Numbered from the stretch's first letter, positions 8,402 to 16,630 are shown. The stretch: DNA of 32,000 nucleotides from Methylorubrum extorquens (GCA_900234795.1 LT962688.1:1980001-2012000), one strand, 5' to 3'. A program made the numbers and translations. The notes: generated by a model from the sequence alone, not told the origin.

Positions 8402-8620
8402 TCAGCGTCGCCTACGATTGGACTGGATGCTCGCGGACATCAGCATGGTCAGCCCGGCGCTTGAGACCAGGGAGAGCGCCGCGAGGATACCTGCCTCAGT
8501 ATCCATGCCGGCTGGTAGAGACCGGCCTGTGACGATCGGCCATGCGTGCAGGCATGCCGCGGCAGCAGGAGCGGCGAAGGCCACGACGCAGATAATTCCG
8601 AAGATCATGCGGGGCATCAA
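8402..8620 (-). CDS. Small membrane protein (about 71 aa)
   Basis: MPRMIFGIICVVAFAAPAAAACLHAWP... It has two hydrophobic segments and a basic tail (NRRRR). It starts 2-5 nt after the stop of the upstream small ORF. Confidence 0.4.
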   Translation of the reverse strand: MMPRMIFGIICVVAFAAPAAAACLHAWPIVTGRSLPAGMDTEAGILAALSLVSSAGLTMLMSASIQSNRRRR

Positions 8621-8622
8621 TC

Positions 8623-8805
8623 CTACCCCCGCCGCCGTGACCCAAGCGCCATAAAGGCCAGTGAGCCGCCGGCAATCAATCCGAGCACGAACCCGGCACC
8701 AAAATCGCTATCATGTCGGTGGGTGCCCAACCAGAGGCTACCTACGACCAGGGACAGAATTAGCGTGAGAACGGCGGGATCGACAAGCCGACGGAAGCGG
8801 GACAT
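8623..8805 (-). CDS. Small membrane protein (60 aa)
   Basis: I start it at ATG 8805: MSRFRRLVDPAVLTLILSLVVGSLWLGTHRHDSDFGAGFVLGLIAGGSLAFMALGSRRRG. It has two predicted TM helices. The longer ORF-track start (8919) runs through relic copy 4. Confidence 0.4.
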   Translation of the reverse strand: MSRFRRLVDPAVLTLILSLVVGSLWLGTHRHDSDFGAGFVLGLIAGGSLAFMALGSRRRG

Positions 8806-8861
8806 GCCAAGACCGTAGCATGGGCGACGCCATCCTCGAAGCGAGCCCTCCGTCGATGCAT

Positions 8862-8921
8862 GTTCGGCAAACGCCATAGGAGGTGGTGCGGGCGCCGTGC
8901 GTGGAGCGAGGGGCGCCATGA
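8862..8921 (+). other. Relic copy 4 of the C-terminal module (VRQTP-TAG-EVVRAPCVERGAP-stop), degraded
   Basis: EVVRAPCVERG is identical to copies 1 and 2. The codon homologous to the first Glu is TAG (8877-8879). Weaker nucleotide similarity upstream requires indels. Confidence 0.45.
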
Positions 8922-9019
8922 GGGCGAAGAGTACGGTTCCATACTAAGGAAATCAGGCATGAACACCGCCTGCATGACCCGGTTACCCTAGTGAACCTGT
9001 TGGTTCCTCCCCAGACTTG

Positions 9020-9050
9020 CCCCGCCCGCCTCAGCCGCGGCGGGGTTTTT
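9020..9050 (+). terminator. GC hairpin plus T5, same repeat family
   Basis: CCCCGCCCGCCTCAGCCGCGGCGGGG TTTTT, followed by CGTTTCAGG, which is shared with the copy at 10589-10629. Confidence 0.55.
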
Positions 9051-9071
9051 CGTTTCAGGATCGACGCCGCC

Positions 9072-9356
9072 TCAGAACACCAGCGCTTCCAGCTTCGCGA
9101 TCTGCCGCCTCAGCCTTTCGATCTCGGCAACGCGCATGTCCTCGGCGCGGGCAAGCGCGGCCTCGCGAGTGACGTACCGCTCGCCTCTGCCTACGCCCTC
9201 CTGTCCTCTGCTCGACCCTTCCCATTTGATCTGGATGATGTTGTCCCAGCCCGGATCCGGGACGACCTCGCACTCCTAGATGCCCGCGCTCAGCGCGTAT
9301 TTCGACACCCATACAGTTTTCGGGGCTTCGGGCATCATGGTCTCCATGGGTAGCAT
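9072..9356 (-). pseudogene. Small conserved-looking protein with an in-frame TAG
   Basis: MLPMETMMPEAPKTVWVSKYALSAGI-TAG(9276-9278)-ECEVVPDPGWDNIIQIKWEGSSRGQEGVGRGERYVTREAALARAEDMRVAEIERLRRQIAKLEALVF-stop. It reads as one coherent protein apart from the stop. No family name was recognised. Confidence 0.45.
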
Positions 9357-9958
9357 TCAGCCGCGCGCATCCGCTTCCGCACCTCGGCCATGCGGTCTTT
9401 ATCAATGGGCCTGATTGCTCGATAAGGCCGGAAGTACGCGCCGGATGCACCGCGGCCCGCGCCGAAGCGTTCCAAACTGCTGTCGACAGCTCATCGAGGC
9501 GCACTGCAAGTGGAAAAGACTGCGTCGTCCTGCTTGCCGAAACATCCAGCCTGCCGCATGGTGCCGTGCTTGAGTTGGTGCGAGGTCGGCCGTGGTCAGG
9601 GATTGGATACGATCTGCGTTTGACCAATTATGCGTTCTCATAAATCGGCGTGCGCGTAGGGTGACGGCCAATCAGCCAACCCTTCGCGAGTTGTACGAGC
9701 GTGCCGTCGATATAGCGGAAGCTGAAGCAGCAGCGGAGTGGCGCCGCTGCTTCGATACAACTGCTGAAATGCGCAGGCGCTGCGTGGTACTCGGGACGAA
9801 TTCACAGTCCCTCATGGCCGAATCGCTACAACTCATAGAGCCATCTTCGGAAGTTCACGGGAGAGAGTCGCACGACTGGTCAGCGCCGGTTGTGCGAGAA
9901 ATTCCCACCGCTAAACGCAACAGCATCCCAGCCGGCGGCCTCGAAGGTTTCACGCAGA

Positions 9959-10042
9959 TCAGCCTCGCGTAGGCTGAGAACCACGGCCGAAGCCGAATAG
10001 GCCGCGCATCTCGGCGGCTGATTGTGCGGAGGCGTCAGTCAT
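9959..10042 (-). CDS. 27-aa ORF MTDASAQSAAEMRGLFGFGRGSQPTRG, probably a truncated remnant
   Basis: Its ATG overlaps the stop of the upstream 77-aa ORF (ATGA at 10039-10042). Its N-terminus is paralogous to MTETTERSTAEVRGLLRFAQG, which starts at 11075. Confidence 0.3.
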   Translation of the reverse strand: MTDASAQSAAEMRGLFGFGRGSQPTRG

Positions 10043-10272
10043 AACCGTTCTTGATCCTGGACGACGAACCAAGTCGCGAGGAACATCGCCGCTTCCTCCC
10101 GTGACGCTCTGCGGCCCAAAAGCTGGCCGCCCTGATCCCACGCTTTCCAGAGGCCGGGATACTCACTGTCGTCAGCAACGGTCCCCGCCACGCTCCCGTC
10201 CACTCTGACGAGGAAGCCGCCGTCGGGCCTCGGCTCGATGATGTGTTCTGGCGCGCTCACGTCAGGGGTCAA
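10039..10272 (-). CDS. Hypothetical 77-aa protein
   Basis: Sequence: MTPDVSAPEHIIEPRPDGGFLVRVDGSVAGTVADDSEYPGLWKAWDQGGQLLGRRASREEAAMFLATWFVVQDQERL. The composition is protein-like. Its TTG start overlaps the stop of the upstream small ORF and its stop overlaps the next ATG. Confidence 0.5.
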   Translation of the reverse strand: MTPDVSAPEHIIEPRPDGGFLVRVDGSVAGTVADDSEYPGLWKAWDQGGQLLGRRASREEAAMFLATWFVVQDQERL

Positions 10273-10421
10273 CCATTACGGAGCTTGCAGGCAGTGCCGG
10301 CAATCGTGGACACGGCCATCTGTCCGTCAGGGCAACCCTTATTCGGAGAGAGCACCCGCATCAGGAGTAGCACGGCAACAATGGCGATGGCCGCCATGAC
10401 TAGCTTCGCTCTTATGCCCAA
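10269..10421 (-). CDS. Small secreted/membrane peptide (42-50 aa)
   Basis: Found by hand: (M)GIRAKLVMAAIAIVAVLLLMRVLSPNKGCPDGQMAVSTIAGTACKLRNG. A strong GGAGAGGAG Shine-Dalgarno sequence lies just upstream of TTG 10421 (alternative ATG at 10397). It has a hydrophobic N-terminus. Its stop TGA overlaps the TTG start of the next ORF. Confidence 0.4.
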   Translation of the reverse strand: MGIRAKLVMAAIAIVAVLLLMRVLSPNKGCPDGQMAVSTIAGTACKLRNG

Positions 10422-10588
10422 CTGCTCCTCTCCGCCTCAGTCCCCGAGATCGAATCGACCGGGCGCCTAGCTAGGGCGTGCGGCTAGGAATGTGGACCTG
10501 AACTTTCGTCGCAGCAGGTCCGGATTAGGAGCGTGATGGCGTGGTGGGCACTCGTACCCTTCCCGTGCGCCCAGTAAGGAGAAGTTCA

Positions 10589-10620
10589 GCCCCGCCGGCA
10601 CCCGCCGCGCGGGGCCTTTT
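10589..10620 (+). terminator. GC hairpin plus T4, same subfamily as 5603-5635
   Basis: GCCCCGCCGGCACCCGCCGCGCGGGGCC TTTT followed by CGTTTCAGG. Confidence 0.5.
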
Positions 10621-10624
10621 CGTT

Positions 10625-10717
10625 TCAGGCTTCCCACGCCGCCGCGAGCATCCGCTTCCGCACCTGGGCCATGCGATCGTTGTTGCTGGCGTATCGGTCT
10701 GGAACTCGCCTAGCCAT
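10625..10717 (-). CDS. 30-aa ORF MARRVPDRYASNNDRMAQVRKRMLAAAWEA
   Basis: The DRMAQVRKRM segment is paralogous to DRMAEVRKRM encoded at about 9360-9400 (minus strand). It may be a remnant rather than a gene. Confidence 0.25.
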   Translation of the reverse strand: MARRVPDRYASNNDRMAQVRKRMLAAAWEA

Positions 10718-10738
10718 GCTCAGCGTCAAGGCGACAGG

Positions 10739-10984
10739 TCAGTGAACGATGCCGGCACCGCCAGAAACGTCCTCTTCCGCTTCGTCTCTCGCGACCCGTC
10801 GTTCGAGAATGCACGCGTTGTCGTCAAACTCGTCAGCCATGTCGCGGAGCTTCAATGCGACCTGGTCGTGCTGAGAGCCCAGCGCTTCTGCCAATACGCG
10901 GCAAAGCTCAGCCTTCTGGCGGAAATAGGAAGCTGCGGCACGCATGCCGTCTAAATGACGAAGTTCGCGTAAAACGCGAGTCAC
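10739..10984 (-). CDS. Hypothetical 81-aa helical protein
   Basis: VTRVLRELRHLDGMRAAASYFRQKAELCRVLAEALGSQHDQVALKLRDMADEFDDNACILERRVARDE... A degraded, stop-containing paralogue lies at about 9800-9890 (minus strand). It may originally have been fused to the MTETTE ORF starting at 11075. Confidence 0.4.
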   Translation of the reverse strand: MTRVLRELRHLDGMRAAASYFRQKAELCRVLAEALGSQHDQVALKLRDMADEFDDNACILERRVARDEAEEDVSGGAGIVH

Positions 10985-11120
10985 AACCGCGTGTCGCCTC
11001 GTCCAAGCCGAGGCCTTGCGCGAACCGGAGCAGGCCGCGCACCTCGGCGGTGGATCGTTCGGTGGTCTCGGTCATCGGCCTACCGGACCGCGATCTCAGC
11101 AGGAGCGGCTGGAGTGAGCT

Positions 11121-11190
11121 GCTGACCCCAAGCGGACATTCGTGGCGCTGTCGCTGCAGGTCCGGATGGGGTGGGTAGCGGACATTCGCC
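11121..11190 (+). repeat. About 70-bp dispersed repeat (GACCCCAAGCGGACATTCG ... GGTCCGGATGGGGTGG ... GCGGACATTCG)
   Basis: About 75% identical to 18622-18690. Partial copies lie at 10487-10529, 15345-15372 and 18548-18592. It contains the conserved inverted pair CGGAC-N22-GTCCG. Confidence 0.6.
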
Positions 11191-11299
11191 GGATGCTCGA
11201 CGAACGTCCGGGGTTCCTACAAAGCAGACGAGTTCGCTGCTCAGTTCGAGACCTTTCCTCCCTCGTGATCGGCCCCCACGCGGTGGTCCAAGTTCTAAG

Positions 11300-12169
11300 T
11301 TAGTGCAGGGTCGGCCTTTGCTCCACGGGTCGCTTGGCCGGCGGAGCCGACCGGGTGAGCGCAGCCGGCCAAGCGGTGAAGGCCGGCACGAACACCTCCG
11401 GGGCCGGTGGTCGGTAGCCGAGCGAGGCGTGCGGGCGCACGCTGTTGTAGTGTAGACGCCAACTCTCGATCACGATCTGCGCCTCCTTGAGCGTGTAGAA
11501 GATCTCACCGTTCAAAAGCTCGTCCCGTAGTCGTGCGTTGAAGCTCTCGACGTAACCGTTCTCCCATGGCGAGCCGGGTGCGATGTAGGCTGTTCTGGCG
11601 CCGACACCGGTGATCCAGGCCTGCACGGACTTGGCGATGAACTCCGGACCGTTGTCCGAGCGGATATGGCCGGGCACGCCGCGCAGGATGAACAGGTCGG
11701 ACAGCACGTCGATCACGTCCGCCGCCTTCAGCTTGCGTGCGACGCGGATCGCCAGGCACTCCCGCGTGAACTCATCGACCACGTTCAGCATCCGGAACTT
11801 GCGGCCCTCGTGCGTGCGGGCTTCGACAAAGTCGTAGGACCAGACGTGATCGCGACGCTCCGCCCGCAATCGCAGGCAGGAACCATCCCCGTCCCAGATG
11901 CGGCCGCGCTTGGGCTGCCGAGACGGGACCTTCAGCCCCTCGCGCCGCCAGATCCGTTCGACCCGCTTGTCGTTGACGAACCAGCCCGCCGCCTTCAGCA
12001 ATGCACCGATCTTCCGGTAGCCGTAGCGCCCGTACTGGCGAGCCAGTTCCACGAGGTCGGCTGTCAGCGCGGCCTCATCCTCTCTTCCCCGCGGCACCTT
12101 GCGCTGCGTCGAGCGATGCTGCCCGAGCGCCCGACAGGCGCGGCGCTCGGAGACGTCTAGGACGTTCAT
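11300..12169 (-). CDS. IS3-family transposase orfB (DDE integrase core)
   Basis: [18 protein letters not shown] ... SDNGPEFIA ... [22 protein letters not shown] ... [15 protein letters not shown]. The frame stays open upstream to the GGGGAAAC site at about 12205-12215, where a -1 shift from orfA would give ...[21 protein letters not shown]... Confidence 0.9.
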   Translation of the reverse strand: MNVLDVSERRACRALGQHRSTQRKVPRGREDEAALTADLVELARQYGRYGYRKIGALLKAAGWFVNDKRVERIWRREGLKVPSRQPKRGRIWDGDGSCLRLRAERRDHVWSYDFVEARTHEGRKFRMLNVVDEFTRECLAIRVARKLKAADVIDVLSDLFILRGVPGHIRSDNGPEFIAKSVQAWITGVGARTAYIAPGSPWENGYVESFNARLRDELLNGEIFYTLKEAQIVIESWRLHYNSVRPHASLGYRPPAPEVFVPAFTAWPAALTRSAPPAKRPVEQRPTLH

Positions 12170-12207
12170 GACATGCGCGATGCAGGCGCGTCGGCGCGCG
12201 GGGCTGG

Positions 12208-12513
12208 TCAGTTTCCCCGAGCGGCCTCCTGCAGGATCAGCTTGTCGAGGGTGAGATCCGCAATCGCCTTGCGCAGCCGCTGGTTCTCAACCTCCAAGTC
12301 CTTCATCCGTCGAACCTGATCGCTCTTCAGGCCGCCGTACTCCTTGCGCCAGCGGTAGTAGGTCACTTCCGTCACGCCGATGGCCCGGATCGCCTCCGCC
12401 ACGCTCTGGCCCTGCGAGACCAGAACATCCACCTGCCGCAGCTTGGCGACCACGTCTTCCGGCTTGTGCCGCTTCGTTCCCATCTGTCCGTCCTCATCTG
12501 GCTCAAAAGCCAT
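12208..12513 (-). CDS. IS3-family transposase orfA (HTH)
   Basis: 101 aa: [85 protein letters not shown], the classic IS3/IS407 orfA pattern. Confidence 0.9.
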   Translation of the reverse strand: MAFEPDEDGQMGTKRHKPEDVVAKLRQVDVLVSQGQSVAEAIRAIGVTEVTYYRWRKEYGGLKSDQVRRMKDLEVENQRLRKAIADLTLDKLILQEAARGN

Positions 12514-12536
12514 ACCTCAGGGCGGACCACTTCAGT

Positions 12537-14289
12537 GGCTCTTCGTCGGGTTTGGTGGATCACGCTGCGAGGAGGAAGCGGCGACGCAGGAGGTCGAGCT
12601 TGGCGCGGCCATACATCGAACGCTTCAACAGCTTGAGGCGGTTGACCTGCCCCTCGTCCTGTCCGCTGCTCCAGGGCAGGCGAAGGCCTGCACGAACAGC
12701 GGCTCCATCCTGAGCGAGGCTGACGGCGAAGCTCTCGACCACCCGCACACCGCAGGCACGGGCGTCGGACAACCAAGCGTCGAAGGCGGTGGTGATGCCG
12801 GGCTTGGCCGGCGCGGCGCTGCAACGGCTGCGAACGATTCGACAGAACCGCCGACCGAGCCCGACGACCTTGGCAGCCTCGTCATCCTGCAGCACGCGCG
12901 CGACCAGTGCTGCGGCGTCGGCGTCGAGGTCATCCGGCTCGCGCAGGAGGTGCCACGACAACTGCTTCGGCGAGGGCAGCGGCGGCGACGGGGGCGCGAC
13001 CTGCGCCATGGGCGACGGCGTCTGGAGGCGCCAGATCGTGGTCCTGGCGGGGCGCGTGCGCCGCTCGGACAGCCAGCGTCTGACCTGCTTGACGGTGCCG
13101 GGAAAGCCGCGATCCCGCAGCTCGCGCCAGAGCTGCATGGCGTTCTCGCACCCGCAGCCTGGCGAGCGTGCAGGTGATCGAGATGAGGATCGAGGATGCT
13201 GCGCCCTGGCCCGCGCCCGTCATGGCGCGGGAAGCCCTCGGCGAAGGCGTACTTGCGCACCGTGGCGCGAGCCAAGCCGGTCTCGCGATTGATGAGCCGG
13301 AGCGACTGCCCGGCCGCACGGCGGCGACGGACATCGTCGTAGAGCTCCTCCCACCGACCGACCGCTGCAGCGCGGGCGAGCGTCTCGGCGGGTGCACGCG
13401 GATAGGCTCTGGTGCGCCGGGTCGAAGGCGCTGGCGCCGTGATCGGCGGCAAGAGCTTCAGGCGCGGGTGGACACGGGCGAGCCAACGCTCGATCATCTG
13501 GCGGGTGTTGAGCAGGAGATGCCACCGGTCAGCGACCTGCACGGCCGCCGGCGCGCCAAGCGTGGTGCCGCGGGCATACTCGGTCGAACGATCGCGCGCC
13601 ACGAGCCGGATCTGTGGCTGGCAGCGGAGCCATGCGGCCCAGGTCTCGGCCGAGCGGTCAGGGAGCAGATCGAGAGGGCGATGGCGTTCGAGGTCGACGA
13701 CGATCGTGCCGTAGGTCCGCCCTTTGCGCAGCGCCCAGTCATCGACGCCGACGACACAGGGTCGAGGCGCCTTCGGCAGCGGCACTCCCCGGATCGTCCG
13801 CAGCAGAGTCGTGGCGCTGGACGGCATGGCCAGGTGTGCGAGCAACCGGGCAGCTGGCTGTCCGCCGAGTGCGAGACCGGTCCGGGCCTGCGCCCCGGCC
13901 AGCCGGCGGGTGCGTTGGGCATGGCGGGCGAGTAGCTTCGGGAACCGTTCGGCGAAGGTTCGGCGGGGGCAGGCTGGGTCGCAGCAGTAGAAGCGCCGAA
14001 CCTCCAACTGCAGCCGAACGGCCTTGCCGCTGGCCGGCAAATCGGCAGGCCGTCGCCGATACCGGCTATGGACCGACGTGCTGATGGCTCGGCACGTCGG
14101 GCAGCGGGCGTGGTCGGGCTTCGCTTCGGCGACGAGGGTGAGGGCGGTGGGGCCGTCCCGCGCGACGCGGACGAGGCGGCAGCCAGGCAAAGGGATGAGC
14201 TGGGTCATGCCCCGATCTGCGAGGCTGAACCGACCACGCCAAGACCCCAACCGTCACGCACCTCGATCCACCAAACTCGGCGATGAACC
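12537..14289 (-). mobile_element. ISL3-family insertion sequence (1753 bp) with 8-bp target duplication ACTTCAGT
   Basis: The inverted repeat GGCTCTTCGTCGGGTTTGGTGGATC (12537 onward) matches the reverse complement of the other end, GGTTCATCGCCGAGTTTGGTGGATC (ending at 14289). The direct repeat ACTTCAGT is at 12529-12536 and 14290-14297. It is inserted 12 nt from the tip of the IS3 inverted repeat. Confidence 0.85.
12560..14208 (-). pseudogene. ISL3-family transposase, apparent single frameshift
   Basis: The N-terminal frame from ATG 14208 starts MTQLIPLPGCRLVRV...CPTCR...RRFYC, a zinc-finger-like region. The C-terminal frame is ORF 12560-13138 (MQLWRELRDRGFPGTVKQVRRW...GQVNRLKLLKRSMYGRAKLDLLRRRFL). 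The frames switch near 13140-13200. In the ORF track, the last third of the 541-aa ORF is out-of-frame Arg/Ser/Pro junk. Confidence 0.8.
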
Positions 14290-14306
14290 ACTTCAGTGGG
14301 GGCGGA

Positions 14307-15107
14307 TCAAACGGCGTCGAGCCATCCGTAGCCTTCGCCCTCGCGCAGCGTCTGCCCCGTGAACTCGTACCAGCGCGCGTTGAGGTAGGTGCAGAAGCCG
14401 CTCGGATCGGTCACCCACATCATCACCGGCGCATTATCGGCCATGTTGCGGAAGCGAGTCTCACTCTCGCTCACCGCTGTCGCCGTAGCCGTCGCCGTCG
14501 CCGTCGCCGTCCGTGTTAGCTCAGCAGTCTTGCGGCGCAAGTCGAGCAGCATGGTAAGCTGCCGAGCCAGGGCGCGAAGGGTTTCCTGCTGGATTTCGGT
14601 CAACCCGGCTGGACGGGGCTTGATGTCGATTACGCATAGGCCACCAATCGTCACCCCTTCCGGCGTCCGTAACGGCGCTCCTGCATAGAAGCGGATCAAC
14701 GGCTCGCCGGTCACAGATGGGTTGGCTTTCGTGCGTGGGTCCAGGGTCAAGTCCGGGATGACCAGGACATCCGGCTCGGCCAGGACGAGTCTACAGACAG
14801 ACCTGTCGAGATCGGTTTCGCAATCGGGGAAGCCGATGCGGGCCTTGAACCACGGCCGGTCTCGATCGATGAGACTGACGAGCGCCACAGGCGCTTCGCA
14901 AATCCGCGCCGCGAGCAGTGTCAGGTTCTCAAAGCTCTGTTCGGCCGCGGTGTCGAGGATTTGGTACTCGTTGAGCGCAGCCAGCCGCGCATCGGCATCC
15001 GACCAGGCCAAGGGGTCCGTGCCCTGGCGCTCAGACACGATCTTGAAGCTGCTTTGCAGGTGCCATGCCCAAGGGCAGACCCGGTTCACGGGTTTCGTCG
15101 CGCTCAA
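14307..15107 (-). pseudogene. GAF-PAS sensor protein, 3'-truncated by the IS3 element
   Basis: It has ARLAALNEYQILDT...FENLTLLAARICEAPVALVSLID (GAF), a (Thr-Ala)6 linker, then the PAS start ETRFRNMADNAPVMMWVTDPSGFCTYLNARWYEFTGQ...GYGWLDAV. The stop TGA is supplied by the last 3 nt of the IS (14307-14309). The true start is uncertain (TTG 15107, or GTG near 15050). Confidence 0.8.
14479..14511. repeat. Hexanucleotide tandem repeat (GTCGCC/GTAGCC) x5.5, encoding (Thr-Ala)6 on the minus strand
   Basis: GTCGCC GTAGCC GTCGCC GTCGCC GTCGCC GTC, located inside the sensor gene between the GAF and PAS domains. Confidence 0.9.
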
Positions 15108-15231
15108 TCAAGCGCAAGGCTGCCCGCACGACTTCGTTGGTACTCGCGAAGCACCCGGAGTGCAGGCACGCCCGGATGAGGTCGTCCTGTTCCCGGGTGA
15201 TCGAGACGGTGATTGTTCTACACACAGCCAT
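15031..15231 (-). CDS. ParD-like ribbon-helix-helix antitoxin (66 aa), orphan and possibly 3'-rearranged
   Basis: From ATG 15231: MAVCRTITVSITREQDDLIRACLHSGCFASTNEVVRAALRLIERDE matches the ParD/COG3609 pattern (..SGRY.SASEVVRAGLRLLEE.E). The tail after ERDE has no resemblance and overlaps the sensor ORF. No ParE-like ORF lies downstream. Confidence 0.55.
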   Translation of the reverse strand: MAVCRTITVSITREQDDLIRACLHSGCFASTNEVVRAALRLIERDETREPGLPLGMAPAKQLQDRV

Positions 15232-15591
15232 GAGCCAGCTATGCCGTGTAAGGGGATACCTTGAAAGCGAATTATGTGTCGCAGTCTCTCTAAACCACCC
15301 CACCGTAAGTCTGCTTTCTGTTCAACTTCAGATACCACATCCTACAGGATCGAAGGTCCGGAATGGGTTGACACCAGACGGTACCGCGCCTCAGGCTTTG
15401 ATCGGTAGCCGATAAAAGGAAGCCCAAGAGGACCGCAGTGCCCGGCGCCACAGGCGGCATCGGAGAGCCGCTCGTGGACAGACTGGCGGCGAACAGGCAC
15501 GCCGTCACGGCGGTCTCCCGCGCAGCAGGTACGGGTAGATAAGCCACCGACGTCTCCCGACCTTCGTCTGCCCGGCCAGTGACCGGAAAGG

Positions 15592-16521
15592 TCATCCCAG
15601 GCTGCCGGCGAACCGCTCCGCCAGACGCCCCGCCTTGAACGCCTCTCCCACCCAATCGACGAAGGCCCGCGTCTTCGCCGGCAGATGGACGCGCGAGGCG
15701 AAGTAGAGAGAGATCGCACCGGCATCGGCGTACCAGCGCGGCAGTAGGCGCACGAGGTCGCCCCGGTCCAAGTCGGGGCGCACGTCGGGTACTGCGACGA
15801 GCGTGACGCCGAGGCCTAGCAGCGCCGCCTCGCGCATTGCGTTGGGGTCGTTGACGACGACGCTCTCCCGCTGCTGGGCCACCGCCTCGCAGCCGGTGGC
15901 GTCGCGCATAGCCCAGTGCCGGATGCGGCCGGTCTGTAGCGACCGCATGACGATGCCCTCGAACGCCTGGAGCCCTGCCGGGTCGGAGGGCGGCACCCGG
16001 CCCCGCATGTAAGCCGGCGACGCCACCGCGATGATGTGGGCGGGTGCCAGGGTCCGGGCGACGACGCCGGGGGACAGCGCGAAGCCGCCGCCGATGGCGG
16101 CGTCGTACCCTTCGGCGACCAGATCGACTTGGCGGTTCTCGAAGTGCCATTCCGGCCGGACACGCGGGTAGCGGGCCAGGAAGCCCGGCAGGAGCGGCAG
16201 GACGTGGCTCACCCCGAACGTCGGCGGCAGGCTGACCTTGAGCGTACCGACCGGTTCGCCGCCATCGGCGGAGATGCCGGCAATTGCGGCTTGCAGCCCT
16301 TCCAAGTTACCGACGACCGCCTGGCGGAAGCCCTCGCCGGCCTCGGTCAGGGTGAGCTTGCGCGTCGAGCGGTGGAACAGCCGCACGCCGAGGTTCCGCT
16401 CCAGCATGGCCACGTTGCGGCTGACCGCGGCTGGTGTCAGCGATAGCCGCCGGGCGGCTTCGGAGAAGCTTCCGCACTCGGCGCTGCGCACGAAGGCTTC
16501 GAGATTGGCCAAACTTTCCAT
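15592..16521 (-). CDS. LysR-family transcriptional regulator
   Basis: I start it at ATG 16521: MESLANLEAFVRSAECGSFSEAARRLSLTPAAVSRNVAMLERNLGVRLFHRSTRKLTLTEAG, a canonical LysR HTH, followed by a substrate-binding-like domain of about 200 aa. It is divergent from the SDR operon. Confidence 0.9.
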   Translation of the reverse strand: MESLANLEAFVRSAECGSFSEAARRLSLTPAAVSRNVAMLERNLGVRLFHRSTRKLTLTEAGEGFRQAVVGNLEGLQAAIAGISADGGEPVGTLKVSLPPTFGVSHVLPLLPGFLARYPRVRPEWHFENRQVDLVAEGYDAAIGGGFALSPGVVARTLAPAHIIAVASPAYMRGRVPPSDPAGLQAFEGIVMRSLQTGRIRHWAMRDATGCEAVAQQRESVVVNDPNAMREAALLGLGVTLVAVPDVRPDLDRGDLVRLLPRWYADAGAISLYFASRVHLPAKTRAFVDWVGEAFKAGRLAERFAGSLG

Positions 16522-16530
16522 GTCGGCACC

Positions 16531-16547
16531 TTCAACGATCCGTTGAA
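16531..16547. promoter_or_regulatory. Perfect palindrome TTCAAC-N5-GTTGAA, candidate LysR box (T-N11-A type)
   Basis: It lies in the 109-bp divergent intergenic region, 10 nt upstream of the LysR ATG. Confidence 0.4.
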
Positions 16548-16630
16548 AGCGTAACAACCCACTCGCGGCTAAACCAGGTGGAGTTCCCGGGCCATCCTCA
16601 TCCTCATCGAACAAGCGATGGAGCGATGAC

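Larger units (their letters stand above)
11266..14309 (-). mobile_element. IS3-family (IS407-group-like) insertion sequence, disrupted by a nested ISL3 element
   Basis: One end is TGATCGGCCCCCACGCGGTGGTCC (11266 onward). The other end, once the nested ISL3 is removed conceptually, reads TGATCCGCCCCCACTGAAGTGGTCC in reverse complement and ends at 14309. It carries orfA and orfB with a -1 frameshift. The flanking 4-mers differ (CTCG vs AACG). Confidence 0.8.

Noticed and set aside
9592-9972. 126-aa plus-strand ORF
   Set aside because: It lies antisense to the decayed copy of the small-gene cassette. Its 5' part is implausible. I could not exclude that the middle (LRELYERAVDIAEAEAAAEWRR...) is real, but nothing supports it.
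5478-10620. Repeated hairpins considered as a CRISPR-like array
   Set aside because: The spacing is irregular (about 125 bp to 1.7 kb), the repeats are imperfect and followed by T-runs, and no cas genes are present.
12380-13177. 265-aa plus-strand ORF, and other plus-strand ORFs inside the ISL3 element
   Set aside because: They are antisense to the ISL3 transposase frames, which carry the family signatures.
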